From Leucoraja erinacea (Eukaryota): a stretch of 64,000 bases of DNA. Location: contig NW_026576762.1 of NCBI RefSeq assembly GCF_028641065.1, forward strand, positions 62,001-126,000. Direction: 5' to 3'. Of the stretch, positions 42,785-64,000 are shown piece by piece; within the stretch, counting starts at the first letter, position 1; every line of letters begins with the position of its first letter. Under the pieces are notes generated by a model. The model was given only the letters and a program-made list of their open reading frames with translations, did not search any database and was not told where the DNA came from. Both the position numbers and the translations under genes were made by a program.

Positions 42785-44035
42785 TTCTTGAATTTTTTGA
42801 AGAGGTTACAAGGGAAATTGACGGGGGTAAAGCAGTGGATGTTGTCTATATGGACTTTAGTAAGGCCTTTGACAAGGTTCCTCGTGGAAGGTTGGTTAGG
42901 AAGGTTCAACTGTTGGGTATAAATGCAGGAATAGCACGATGGATTCAACAGTGGCTGAATGGGAGAAGACAGAGGGTAATGGTGGATGGCTGTTTATCGG
43001 GTTGGAGGCAGGTGACTAGTGGGGTGCCTCAGGGATCTGTGTTGGGTCCTTTGTTGTTTGTCATGTACATCAATGATCTGGATGAAGGTGTGGTAAATTG
43101 GATTAGTAAGTATGCAGATGATACCAAGATAGGGGGTGTTGTGGATAATGTAGAGGATTTCCAAAGTCTACAGAGTGATTTAGGCCATTTGGAAGAATGG
43201 GCTGAAAGATGGCAGATGGAGTTTAATGCTGATAAATGTGAGGTGCTACACCTTGTCAGGACAAATCAAAATAGGACGTACATGGTAAATGGTAGGGAAT
43301 TGAAGAATACAGTTGAACAGAGGGATCTGGGTATAACCGTGCATAGTTCCTTGAAGGTGGAATCTCATATAGATAGGGTGGTAAAGAAAGCTTTTGGTAT
43401 GCTAGCCTTTATAAATCAGAGCATTGAGTACAGGAGCTGGGATGTAATGTTAAAATTGTACAAGGCATTGGTGAGACCAAATCTGGAGTATGGTGTACAA
43501 TTTTGATCGCCCAATTATAGGAAGGATGTCAACAAAATAGAGAGAGTACAGAGGAGATTTATTAGAATGTTGCCTGGGTTTCAACAACTAAGTTACAGAG
43601 GTAGGTTGAATAAGTTAGGTCTTTATTATCTGGAGCGCAGAAGGTTAAGGGGGGACTTGATAGAGGTCTTTAAAATGATGAGAGGGATAGACAGTTGATG
43701 TGGACAAGCTTTTCCCTTTGAGAATAGGGAAGATTCAAACAAGAGGACATGACTTCAGAATTAAGGGACAGAAGTTTAAGGGTTATATGAGGGGGGACTT
43801 CTTTACTCAGAGAGTGGTAGCGGTGTGGAATGAGCTTCCAGTGGAAGTGGTGGAGGCAGGTTCATTGGTATCATTTAAAAATAAATTGGATAGGCATATG
43901 GATGAGAAGGGAATGGAGGGTTATGATATGAGTGCAGGCAGGTGGGACTAAGGGGAAAAATGTTGTTCGTCACGGACTTGTAGGGCCGAGATGGCCTGTT
44001 TCCGTGCTGTAATTGTTATATGGTTATATTGTTAT
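42785..44035 (+). mobile_element. 5'-truncated CR1 of the (TTATATGG)n subfamily, unit-2 specific
   Basis: RT ORF 42835-43506 and 3' tail. The empty site in unit 1 reads CTATATACATCACACATAG at 1881-1899. Confidence 0.93.
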
Positions 44036-45813
44036 CACACATAGTACATGGCAACAAGGAAGTTCAGTAGCCCATTCGGCCCTTAGAGCCAACACCTCCA
44101 TTCAATGTGATCATGGCCGATCATGCCCAATCAGTACCCCGTTCATGCCTTCTCCCCATATCCCCTGACTCTGCTATTTGTATGATCCCTATCTAGCTAC
44201 CTCTTGAAACTATCCAAAGAACCGGCCTCCACCGCCTTCTGAGGCAGAACATTCCACAGATTCCGAACTCTCTGTGAAAAGTGTTTCCCCGTCTCCGTTA
44301 TAAATGACGTGTCCCTTATTCTTAAACTGTGGCCCCTGGTTCTGGACTCTCCGAGCCTCGGGAACATGTTTCCTGCCTCTAGCGTGACCAAACACTTAAT
44401 AATCTTATATATTTCAATAAGATACCCTCTCATCCTTCTGAACTCCAGAATATACAAGCCAGCCGCTCCATTTTCACTGCGCATGACAGTCCCGCCATCC
44501 CCGGAATTAAACTTGTATGTTGCGTCCCTCAATAGCAAGAACGTCCTTTCTCAAACGGCTGGAAGTATTCAACAGATTGAGCAGCATAATCGAGGAAATG
44601 GAATTGTTGATATTTTGGGTCGATGCTCTGCTTCACAAATGACAGTGTAGAGGGCAGATCGCTGGATACTGCTGACTCCCTAAAGACACTTCCATTGACT
44701 GCTGCAAGATCCTGCTTTAGTACATAGTATGCCAGCCATACATTAAGAAGCTTGTGTAGCTAGAATTTTCCAAATATCGTATGCTGATAATGGCGCTAAA
44801 TTGGATGAGTCGACATACCTTTTGCGTCCTACCTTCTCGTAATCTGGCCATTGATGTTTTTAGGCCTTTCTAGAGATTCGACTGACTAGGTGGTGTTTCA
44901 GAAATAACAATGCAATAGCACGATCCAGGTGGGGGGACGACAAGAGTTGTAGAACACGAACCAAGTGTGTTTAATGGTCTTATGCACGGGCAACGGAACA
45001 ATTAAATGATTTCTTGCTGCAGTCTAACGGGTCGGTTAACGCAAACACACAAATATAAGTATAAACAACATGTCGTAACCCCTGAAGGCACTAAACAATA
45101 ATCTATCTATCTCTGCCTTAAAACAAATTACTTGATTATTTTTGTCATTAACATTTCCGCTCTGAAATATAACAACTGTCTATCCGGTGTTAAAATCTTC
45201 AGCGAAACATAAAGTGCTGGGGACGTCAATGGGCAAGGTAGCATCTGCGGATAAACATGAGGGGGGACCTCATTGAAACATGCAGAATAGTGAAAGGCTT
45301 GGAGAGGGTCGATGTGGAGAGGACGTTTTCACTAGTGGAGCAGTCTAGCACTAGAGGTCATCCCTTATTGGCATGGGGAACAACGTCAATAAGGGGTGAA
45401 TCGTTTGATTAAAAATGCGGACTCAGCGATTTATCGAACACATTGTGTCCCAGCCGCGCGTGAAGTAATCGGGCCATTTGCTAATCCCACTTCCTGCCAT
45501 GTCTGTGATTCGGATCTGCGCTCCTCGGTTAAAGGGAGATATGAGATAGTCTGGGAGGTTTAACCTATTTAATGAATGGCATTATTGTGTGTATTAGATC
45601 ACGGTGGATGTGGATAAAGTGACCTATCGTTTCTTCAGGATAGATGGTTCATAAGTTAGAGGGTATAGACTTCCGGTTAGAGGAGCGAGATTAGTGAAGG
45701 GCAGTTTCTCACTTAAAGGGGAGTGCGAGTCCGGAACGAGCTGCCGGAAGAAGCGAATGGAGCGGGTGGAGGTAAGATTGTTTTTAAACATTTGGAAAGA
45801 TATATGAACTGGT

Positions 45814-45944
45814 CAGTCTGAAGGGTTTCGGCCCGAAACGTCGCCTATTTCCTTCGCTCCATAGATGCTGCTGCACCCGCTGAGTTTCTCCAGCAATGTT
45901 GTGTACCTTCGATCTTCCAGCATCTGCAGTTCCTTCTTGAACAC
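45814..45944 (+). mobile_element. 131-bp Penelope-type terminal fragment with 11-bp target-site duplication
   Basis: TATGAACTGGT at 45803-45813 and 45945-45955. The insert matches 10328-10456. Confidence 0.8.
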
Positions 45945-46874
45945 TATGAACTGGTAAGGTTGCGAGAGATGTGGGCTAAATACAGGTAGGTGGGACTAGA
46001 TCAGTAATATAACCCGATCGGCATGGACAAGGTTGGCCGAAGAGCCTGGTTGCGTGCTGTACATTTGTACGACTCCATGAAGTCGTTCCGTTGCCTTTTC
46101 TGACCCTGCTAATCGAGTGCTCGACCTCATACTTCCTAAATTATGTAATGCACCTGTCCCACTTAGGAAACCTGAACGGAAACCTTTGGAGACTTTGTGC
46201 CCCTCCCAAGGTTTCCGTGCGGTTCCCGTAGGTTCCCGGAGGTTTTTGTCAGTCTCCCTACCTGCTTCCACTGCATGCAACCTCCGGCAACCACCTGCAA
46301 CCTCCGAGAATCGCACGGAAACCTTGAGTGGGGGGCAACGTTTCCAGAGGTTTCCGTTCAGTTTCCTAAGTGGCACAGGGGCATTGTAGTCTCTGCTTCT
46401 CACACCCCTAAGGGACGTGACATGTGGGGCCTGATTGCCGGGGTATCGTATCTGGATGTCTCATGTGTGGGTTCTCCAGCGGGTTTAAGATTCCGGTGTC
46501 CGCATTATAGGGAGGACGTGCCTGCACTGGAGGGGATGTAGAGAAGATTCTTCAGGATGTTGCCTGGAATGGAATGTTTTGGTGAGGGGGAAAAGACCGG
46601 AAAGACTGAGTTTGCTGTCGACGGAGAGCAGGGAGGGGAGACGGTAGCGGTGGACAAGTGATAAGAGACGGAGATAGGGTTGATAATAGGAATTGTACCC
46701 CATCGTAGTGGTATTGATTTGATATTGACACGTGCACCGAGATACAATGAAAAGCTTTGGTTTGCAGGCTATTCTTGTTCTTGTGATACGTGTACTGAAC
46801 TGTATACAGACATCAATGTCAATGTACCTCGGTACATGTGACCAATAAAGTACCATACCATACCGGATCCGATC

Positions 46875-47626
46875 ATAGAAACATAGACACCTAAAATAGG
46901 TGCAGGAGTAGGCCATTCGGTATTTCGAACCTGCACCGCCATTCAATATGATCATGGCTGATCATCCAACTCAGTATCCTGCCTTCTCTCCAGACCCCCT
47001 GATCCCTTTAGCCACAAGGGCCGCATCTAAATATAACCAATGAACTGGCCTCAAATACCTTCTGTGGCAGAGAATTCCACAGATTCACCACTCTCTGTGT
47101 GAATATTTCTAATGTCATCTCGATCTTAAAAGAGTTCCCCCATATCCTTAATCTGTGACCCCTTGTTTTGGACTTCCCCAACATCGGGAATCGTCTTCCT
47201 GCATCTAGCCTGTCCAATCCCTTATGAATTCTGTAAGTTTCTATAAGATCCCCCCTCAATCTTCTAAATTATTGCGTGTACAAGACGAGTCTATCCAGTC
47301 TTTCTTCATATTAAAGTTCTGACATCACAGGAAGAAATCTGGTGAACTTTCTCTGTACTCCTTCTGTGGCAATAATGTCTTTCCTCAGATTAAGAGACCA
47401 AAACTGTATGCAATACTCCAGATGTGGTCTCACCAAGACCCTGTACAACTGCAGTTGAACCTCCCTGCTCTTATACTAAAATCCTTTTGCTACGTATGCC
47501 CACATACCATTCGCTGTCTTCACTGCGTGCTGCACCTGCATGCCTATTTTCAATGACTGGTGTACCATGACGCCCAGGTCTCGTTGCATCTCCCCTTTTC
47601 CTAATAAGCCACCATTCAGATTACAG
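46875..47626 (-). mobile_element. CR1 3' fragment
   Basis: ORF 47008-47259 and 3' UTR/tail. Confidence 0.8.
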
Positions 47627-47994
47627 TCTACTGTACATGAGTACAACAGGTCATCCTGTACTTGAGTACAACAGGTAGTGGAAACGAAAAACGGAATGGG
47701 CGTGCAGATCGTAATGTTACAGCTGCTGAGTAAGTGGAGATAACAAAATGCAAGGTCCGCAACAATATATATTGAACGATCGGGAATAAATCCCTTAGCT
47801 TATAAGAGGTCAAGTGGCTGATAACACTGGGGAGGAATCTGCCCCGAATCTGGTCGTACGGGCTTACAAGGTTTAATAAGGTTTCTGTGCCATGTGATCC
47901 CACCCTCTCCTTTGCATGCAGATGGGCGTGTTGGGAGAGGGGTTGGTGGCTGGCAGATGTTGGCTGATGGGAGGTAGACAAACCTCATCTGCTC

Positions 47995-48151
47995 GTTGCT
48001 AAGTGCTATTCCTCAGCTCACTTGTGACGAACATTACCGCGGACAATCCGCCGGGTTTTGTTTACTACAATGTCTCCGAGCAACCGCGGGTCAATTGTCC
48101 CGCGAGGCCAATCAGAGGCCGTTCTTGCTGAGCCGGGCCGCGGTATAAGTA
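47995..48151 (+). promoter_or_regulatory. Promoter of tubulin B2 (duplicate of the B1 promoter)
   Basis: GTTGCTAAGTGC 47995-48006, CCAAT ~48108, TATAAG 48144-48149. Confidence 0.65.
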
Positions 48152-48201
48152 GGGCGGGTGGCGACATCCGCCATCGACCGCCGCGACAACAGAGAGAGAT
48201 G

Positions 48202-53094
<4,893 letters not shown>

Positions 53095-53365
53095 ACGCAT
53101 TATCTTAAAATTAAAATGGTTAATAAAATGCCACATTTATACGACAGCAACTTTAGATTTAGAAAGTAGGTTTAATAAGACAGCATTGTTATTTCGAAAA
53201 TAAATTTATTTGAAAATAAAATCCATTTGGAAGTCTATCCGCTTGTCTTTGGAAATCCCGAGGACATTTTCACCCTATGGGAATGAGAGACGCTGGCTGG
53301 TGGCAGAAGAACGATTGCCACAGACATTTCTAGCATAATACGGTCATATCAGTGCGAAACTGACC

Positions 53366-55360
53366 AAAGTAGTATATCAAACATATTAAACCTAATCGAG
53401 AAGTTTTGATCTTTCTCTGATACAGAATAAATCGGAATTAAATCGAAATTATGTCGATAAAATCGAAAGACTCAACACATCTCTTAAAATTACCTTTTAA
53501 AATAGCCACAGACAAATTTAAATATTTGGGAATCGAAATCACTAGAAAATATCAAGATATGCATAATGCTAATTATAGTCCCCTACATAAGAAATTAAAT
53601 ATTTTAATTAAATTCTGGAAAACGCTTCCGATGTCTTTAATAGGCCGAATCAATGCTATAAAATGATCTTTCTACCACAAATGCTATAGCTATTTCAATC
53701 AATCGCTATATTTCTACCAAAAATGTTTAAAACAAAACTGGATTCAGACATTACAAATTTTATATGGGACTATAACTCCCACAGAATACAAATAACTCAC
53801 TTGAGCAAATCTAAAGATTTGGGTGGTTTAGCTCTTCCTAACTTTATGTACTATTATTGGGCAGTAAATATCAAAAATATGATTCACCTGCTCGACAATT
53901 CTGCCCAGCAGGTTAATTCGATTATAATGGAGGGAGGGGACTGTTCCCCTTGTAATATTGGAGCGATCCTCCTCTCACCAATTAACTTGAATAACACAAA
54001 TTATAATAAAAGTCCAATATACACAGTACAATTAGAACCGGTAAACGAATAAAACATAACCTAAAATTAAAAAATCTATCTCTATTATCTCCAATAGCCA
54101 ATAACCCGTCGTTTAAACCCCGTATTATAGATCACTAATTTACACAATGGGACAGGATAGGAATTAAAACGCTCGGAGACTTGTACGAATATGGAATTTT
54201 TTTTATAATTCCAACAATTACAAATAAAATATAATTTGAGAAATAACCATTACTTTAAATATCTTCAAATACCTGACTACCTGAAAAAATATATACAAGA
54301 TTATTATAATATGCCACCATATTTACTGAACGAAGCAATGAAGACAAAGGCCGAATCAGCAAACTTAATATCATACTTGTATAACATTATTTGAAATACA
54401 GAAATATAGAATATAGGAATATAGAAATACCATCAGCCGACGGTATTAGAAGAGACTGGGAACTAGCTATAAAAATTTCAAAAGAGAGGTGGGATAAACA
54501 TTTACAATATTTGCATAAATGTTCGATTAACGTTAGACACTCTAATTCAATTAAACATCTTACACATATTATGCTATTCAAAAACCAAAATAAGTAAACT
54601 TTTTCCTAATGTCTCACCTATTTGTGATAATTGCCGATCTCAAGGAGCGACTATAGCGCACTCATTTGTTTTTTGCATAAAAACTAAAAAATTTTGGACT
54701 GCAATTTTTGAAATCTTCACAAAATTATTCAAAATGAATCTGATACCAAAACCTGAATGGATTATCTTTAGAACAATGGAAGGTGGCCCTGAACTAAATG
54801 TTTCAAAAGAATCTATTTAATTATGGGCTAATAATGGGGGAAAAAGCTTATACTTAAATTCTGGAAGAGCGCTCCTATATCAACAATAAACAATAAATTT
54901 GAAATAATTTCAAATATGTTTGAAACATTGTACCTGGAAGATATGAGGCTCCTCCTTGCAGGCAAATCAGACCACTTGTAAAAGACGTGGTCTGCATTTA
55001 ACGACTTACTACAAGAATAAGGTGCATCAGTACTTCAAAAAAGAAACGGTGTCAGGATCTGGAAAAGGGGGGAGGAAAAATATGGTTGGTATATCCCTTT
55101 TGCGCGGTTTTTATAACAGAGCTTTTTTTTCCTTTTTCCTTCTTTCTTTTCTAGGGTCTATTTCTTAATTATTTTCTCTAACTTGTTTTCTCATTGATCA
55201 CTCTTTTACACGAACACAACTTTCTTTCTCTCACTTTCTCTACTTTCTTTATTTCTATCTTTCCTTAAAGCTTAAACAAATGAAGGGGTACAATAAATGT
55301 AATAAGATATATCTGGCTTGTACTACTGTACTTTACTGTACTTCTAATGAATTAAAAAAT
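53366..55360 (+). mobile_element. Decayed L1-clade LINE, ORF2 C-terminal half plus pyrimidine-rich 3' UTR
   Basis: FKYLGI, SLIGRINAIK, GGLALPNF remnants, Cys/His region and AATAAA/A-rich end; many stops. Confidence 0.8.
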
Positions 55361-55379
55361 ATATATTTTTTAAAGAAAA

Positions 55380-57330
55380 AAGATTTCCCCCTTATTCTTA
55401 AACTGTGACCTCTTGTTCTGGACTTCCCCAACATCGGGAACAATCTTCCTGCATCTAGCCTGCCCAACCCCTTAAGAATTTTGTAAGTTTCTATAAGATC
55501 CCCCCCTCAGTCTTCTAAATTCTAACGAGTACAAGCCGAGTCAATCCAATTTTTCTTCATATGAATGTCCTGACATCCCAGAAAACAGTCTGGTGAACAT
55601 TCTGTGTACTCCCTCTATGGCAAGAATGTATTTTCTCAGATTAGGAGACCAAAACTGTACGTAATACTCCAGGTGTGGTCTCACCAAGACCCTGTACAAC
55701 TGCTTTACACGGACAAGGGATGATTGGAGATAGTCGGCATGTTTTTATTGGTGGAGGTCGTGTCTCACAAATATGCTTTTTTGAAGAAGTGACCAACAAA
55801 GTCGATGAGGGCAGTGCAGTAGATGTTGTATATGTGGACTTCAGTAACGCATTCGACAAAATTCATCATGGTAAGTTGCTCGGGAACGTCAGATCGCATG
55901 GGATCCAAGGGGAGATTACTGAATGGAAGGAAAATCACGTTCTTGGAAAGAAGCAAATGGTGATGCTGGAAGGTTGCTTCTCGAATTGAAGGACTATGAC
56001 TAGTGGTGTGCCTCATGGTTCGGTGCTGGTCCCGTTACTGTTTGTCATCTACACCCACAATTTGGATGAGAAGAAACACGGCAAGATTAGCAAGTTTGCA
56101 GATGATACAAAGATGGTTGGTTAGGCAGGCAGTGAAGATGGTTGTGAAAAATTGCAGCAGGATCCTGATCAATTTGTCAAGTGGACTGAGGAATGTTTGA
56201 TGGAATGTAATGCAGAAAAAAATATAAGGTTTTACGTTTTGGGAAGTCTAACATGGGCAGGCAGTGAAGTAAGCGAATGGCATGTTGGCCTTAATAACAG
56301 AGGAGTTGAGTAGAGGAACAAACAGGTCCTTCTGCTGTTATACAGGGCCCCAGTGAGACCACATCTGGCGTAGTGTGTGCAGTTTTGTTCTCCAAATTTG
56401 AGGAAGGGAATTCTTGCTATTGAGGGTACTTTAGGGAACCGGGGTGCCCCTCGCCAATCATATATGTGCCCCCCACTCGTTTCTCCTCGTTCCCCCGCAG
56501 ATCCACTCTTGCTTCCCTTCCAATAGAGAGCAGATTGTCCCTAGTTCTTACCTTTCACCCCACCAGTGAGACCACATTTAGGCTAGTCCACCCTTTTCCA
56601 CTGTGCAGTTGGTTTAAACCATCCCTTCCGACCCAACTCACCGCCTCCTCTGGTTCTTCCCCAACATCCGCATGAGGTACAACACCTGTCCCGATTAGGA
56701 AAGGGGAGATGCAGCGAGTCCTGGGTGTCATGGTACACCAGTCATTGAAAGGACGCATGCAGGTGCAGCAGGCAGTGAAGAAACCGAATGGTATATTAGC
56801 ATTCATAGCAAAAGGATTTGAGTATCGGAGCAGGGAGTTTCAACTGCAGTTGTACAGGGTCTTGGTGAGACCATACCTGGAGTATTATGTACAGTTTTTG
56901 CCTCCTAATCTGAGGAAAGACTTGATAAAAGTAAGAGAAGGTTCAGACTGACTGGGACAGATGAAGAAGTGACTCGGCTTGTGAATCTGAGGGGGGAATT
57001 CTCTGCCACAGAAGGCAGTTGTTCCCGATGTTTGGGGAAGTCCAGAGGCCAGTTTATGGCTTTTAGGACCGAGATGAGAAAAAAGAATTTCACAGAGAGT
57101 GGTGAATCTGTGGAATTCTCTGCCACAGAAGGCAGTTGAGGCCAGTTTATGGCTATATTTAAGAGGGTTAGATGTGGCCTTTGTGGCTAAAGGAATCAAG
57201 GGGTATGGAGAGAAGGCAGGTACATGATACAGAGTTGGATGATCAGCCATGATCATATTGAATGCCGGTGCGGGCTATAAAGGCCGAATGGCCTACTCCT
57301 GCACCTATTTTCTATGTTTCTATGTTTCTA
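55380..57330. mobile_element. Mosaic of CR1 fragments
   Basis: Minus-strand 3' piece 55380-55700, plus-strand RT piece 55700-56430 (DFSNAFD), plus-strand 3' piece 56690-57330 with tail. Confidence 0.75.
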
Positions 57331-57334
57331 TTTC

Positions 57335-57565
57335 CCTCGACTCGGTCCAGGGACCTCGACAGTCCCTTCTGGTTTGGTCGATATTTATTTGGCCCTATTT
57401 CAAGCTAATCTACTATATTCGTTGTTCAAGATGTGGGCTCTAATACATCGGCGAGACCAAACGTAGACTGGGCGAACGTTTCACTGAACACCTTCATTCA
57501 CTCAGTCCATGTGAACCTCCCTGGTCTCCCGTTTGCTAAACACTTTAGTTCTCCTTCCATTCACC
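57335..57565 (+). mobile_element. Penelope-like GIY-YIG endonuclease remnant
   Basis: Translates LIYYIRCSRCGL*YIGETKRRLGERFTEHL: GIY..YIG with the intervening CxxC typical of some Penelope-like elements. Confidence 0.75.
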
Positions 57566-57687
57566 CGAGTTCTGCAATATATCGACAAAACAGTTGTTCA
57601 TTAAATAATTTATTATTATCAGTGATATATCTTTCAATATAGTCTATTAAATAAAACTTAAACTTTAAACTTCCTAATTAATTCATC

Positions 57688-60873
<3,186 letters not shown>

Positions 60874-60927
60874 GTTGCTCCGCTCGCGTGTTTCCAGAGA
60901 CAGTGACGCAATGCGGCGCCGCTCCGG

Positions 60928-61019
60928 TATTTATACGGCCCCCGGGGATAGAACGTTAGCGCTAGGCCGAACGGGCGCTGACTGGTCAGTGAGAACAATG
61001 GCCTTGGTTGCCACAGGAC
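60928..61019 (-). promoter_or_regulatory. Promoter of tubulin C: TATA box and weak RFX-like site
   Basis: TATAAATA on - at 60935-60928, ~55 bp upstream of the ATG. GTTGCCACAGGAC at 61007-61019. Confidence 0.6.
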
Positions 61020-61904
61020 ACAAACACATAAGGTTCCAAGGCGCTCATTGATAAATAATCCACAGTGTGTGACGTAGAAAGATGGACTTCAGTGACGCAA
61101 TCAATTGCCCGTTGTCATCTGCCAGATTACAATCCATCACTTGCCGCTAGAAATACAGCGGTCTGACCCAATGCCCCCAAGTGAAACCTAGCGCCACCGA
61201 TTACACTTCCTCGCCCAATGAAATAAACCATTCGTACATTAACCAGCTCCCCAGTGCCTTAATCTGCTAGATAAATATCTATCACTTGCCGCCTTGGACT
61301 TGGAGGAAGTGGGGAGGAGTCAAAGGTGATTTTTTTTTTAGTGTGAGGACCAGCTTCGCCGAGCGGAGAGAGAAATTCGTTGGTTCTGCCGTCGAGGTAA
61401 GAAACGGATGACATGAGGCATTAAGGGGGGGGGGGGGGGGGGGTTGGGTGGGGGGGGGGGGGGGGGGGGGGAGGAGTACAGTGGCTGAACGACCATAGTA
61501 AAGATGCGGGATTGGGGGGCTTCGAAAGCGGAAGTCGAGGTTTCAAGGTTATTCAAGAGACGAAGGGTATGTGAGGTATCTTAGACATAGGACGGGAGAG
61601 ATTGGACCAGTGAAGATTCGAGGTACGTGGAAATAATGTCCGTGTAACAGGAGCAGGCAGGAAAATTGGGTCTGTCAGGGCAGTTGTATTTGAGGATTTT
61701 GGAGCGAAGGTACAAACGGACAGTGCTTCATCTTCTAATTCCCGTGGTCTATTTCTGGGCCTGTGGCACAATGCAGCATGGTGACCATCATTTCCTTTTC
61801 ATTTCTCTGCTTCAGTCATATAGCCTGGCGGCACCGACAGGGTGCAAAGCTGTGGCTATATCGGCCGCCGACCCTGCCACATGTGTAATGTGTGGAAGAA
61901 CTGA

Positions 61905-63045
61905 GTCGAGAAGTTGGGAGGTTTATTCGAACAATTACAATTAAAATTTAAATTGAAAAACAACCAATATTATGAATATCTTCAGATTTGCGATTTCATG
62001 AAAAAATACATACAAGGATATCAACAAATAACTCCTGAATTATTGGAAGAAGCAGTGAATATTAAAGCTGACACAAAAATTAATATCATATTTATATAAT
62101 AGTATTTTAAATATAGACCCACCATCGACAGAGGTACTTAGAGAAGAGTGGGAAGGGGAACTAATTATGCAAATTACGAAGGTTACATGGGAAAAGTATT
62201 TGATATATATTCACAAATGTTCGATTAATGTACGACATAATCTAATTCAATTTAAAATTTTACATAGCTTATATTATTCAAAAACAAGATTGAACAAATT
62301 TTATCCAAATATATCCCCCATTTGTGATAAATATTTATCCCAAAACGCAACTATAACACACTCTTTTGTTTCCTGCATAAAACTTTGTAGATTTTGGAGT
62401 GATATTTTTGAAATATTTTACAAAATTAGTTAAAATAAGAATGGAACCTAATACTGAAATGATTATATTTGGAGAAATGGAAGATGGGAATAAATTGAAC
62501 ACATCTCAAACTTTATTTTTTAATTATAGTTTAATAAAAGCAAAAAAAAAATTACTTCAATTTTGGAAAAATACATCAATACCAACGCTCAAAATGTGGA
62601 TTGCAAGCATGTTGGACACCGCACATCTTGAGGAAATGCGATTCCTCCTAATGGATCAACCAGACCAATTCATAACGAGTTTGTCGTCTTTTTGGAATCA
62701 TATGGTGCAACACAATTGTAAAAGCTAATTGTTTCAGGACTGGACGAGGGATGGTCAAGATTAGAAACAATGATCTTCTTACTTCTTTTCTTTATGTTTT
62801 ATTCTCTTTTTACTATTTTATTTTCTTCAACTTTCTTCATTCATTCGTCTTTTTTCTTTTTCTGCACACACTATATATCTCACGACTTTCTATCCTTTAC
62901 TATCTAATTTATTTTTCTTATTCTTATTTTTCTTTATTATAACAAAAAAATAAGCTGTACATAAAAGGTATTATGAAAATAAATATTAGGCACTTTGGTG
63001 CCATATGATTGAACTTACTTCTTATAAAATAAAATAAAAAAATAA
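61905..63045 (+). mobile_element. L1-clade LINE 3' fragment related to 53366-55360
   Basis: YLQICDF / HKCSINVRH / SPICDK remnants, pyrimidine-rich UTR and A-rich tail. Confidence 0.75.
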
Positions 63046-63597
63046 GTTAGGAGGTCATGTTGCAGTTGTATAAGGCGTTGGTGAGATCGCATTTAGACTA
63101 TTGTGAGTACTTCTGGGCACCGTGTATATGGAAGATATTGTCGTGCTTGAATGGGTTCAGAGTAGATTTAAAAGGATTCTGTCAGGACTAGAAGGTCTGA
63201 TCTATATGGAGAGGTTGAGCACGCTGGGTATCTATTCCTTGGAGCGCATGATGATGAAAGGTGATATTATAGAGGTGTGTAAAATCATGAGAGGAATAGA
63301 TGGGGTTCATACACTAAATCTCTTGCCCAGAGTAGGGGAATAGAAGGTGATGGGGGATAGATTTAATAGGAATCTGGGGAGTAACATTTTCACACAAAGG
63401 GTGGTTGGTGTATGGACCAAGCTATCAGAGGAGGATGGGACTATCCCAAAGCTTGAAAAACAATTAGTAAGAGACACGGATAGAACAGGTTTAGAGGGAT
63501 ATGGACCAAGCGCAGGCAGGTGGGACTAGTGTAGCCGGTGCTGGCAAGTTGGGCAGAAGGACCTGTTCCACACTGTATCAATCTATGACTATGATTC
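63045..63597 (+). mobile_element. Old CR1 3' fragment
   Basis: YSLER..KGDIIEV and FTQRVVGVW remnants, (CTATGA)n-like tail. Confidence 0.7.
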
Positions 63598-64000
63598 TAT
63601 AAGGAAAAACATTTTGAAATAGTCGGAAAAGCGGTATAGTGGAGAATTTGCTGCCTAATACANNNNNNNNNNNNNNNNNNNNNNNNNNNNNNNNNNNNNN
63701 NNNNNNNNNNNNNNNNNNNNNNNNNNNNNNNNNNNNNNNNNNNNNNNNNNNNNNNNNNNNNNNNNNNNNNNNNNNNNNNNNNNNNNNNNNNNNNNNNNNN
63801 NNNNNNNNNNNNNNNNNNNNNNNNNAAGCAGTTAACTCTGTGTGGAGCCACGGGAGAAGGACAAGAACCTGAATGAGTGTTTTTCCTCTGTATTTACCGG
63901 GGAGAGTGACAGGAGAACGGAGGAACTAGGGGCAGTCAATGGAAGTATCTTGAGAGCAGTCAGTGTTACGGTCGAAGTGGCGCTGAAGGTACTTTCGTGT

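Overview
Eukaryotic, vertebrate genomic DNA. The CR1/Penelope/Tc1 repeat landscape and an expanded-family GPR139-like receptor suggest a cartilaginous fish such as a skate or ray (inference). The window holds a cluster of five divergent 5-exon alpha-tubulin genes. Four lie on + as a duplicated [type A - type B] unit (A1 is partial and disrupted; B1, A2 and B2 are intact), and a fifth type C gene lies convergently on -. A two-exon class A GPCR gene (20620-27463) sits between the two units and has a Tc1 transposon in its intron. Most remaining sequence is transposon-derived: CR1 subfamilies, L2, L1-like, Penelope fragments with hammerhead-like motifs, MITEs and GC-rich non-coding retroposons. 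There are several assembly gaps. Notable points: none of the tubulins has a C-terminal Tyr; the B and C types have Ser at the K40 acetylation site; all share a remodelled H11-H12 surface, and the complete genes carry extra cysteines; the promoters share RFX-like boxes; B2 has gained an extra upstream ATG. Repeat boundaries are read by eye and approximate.
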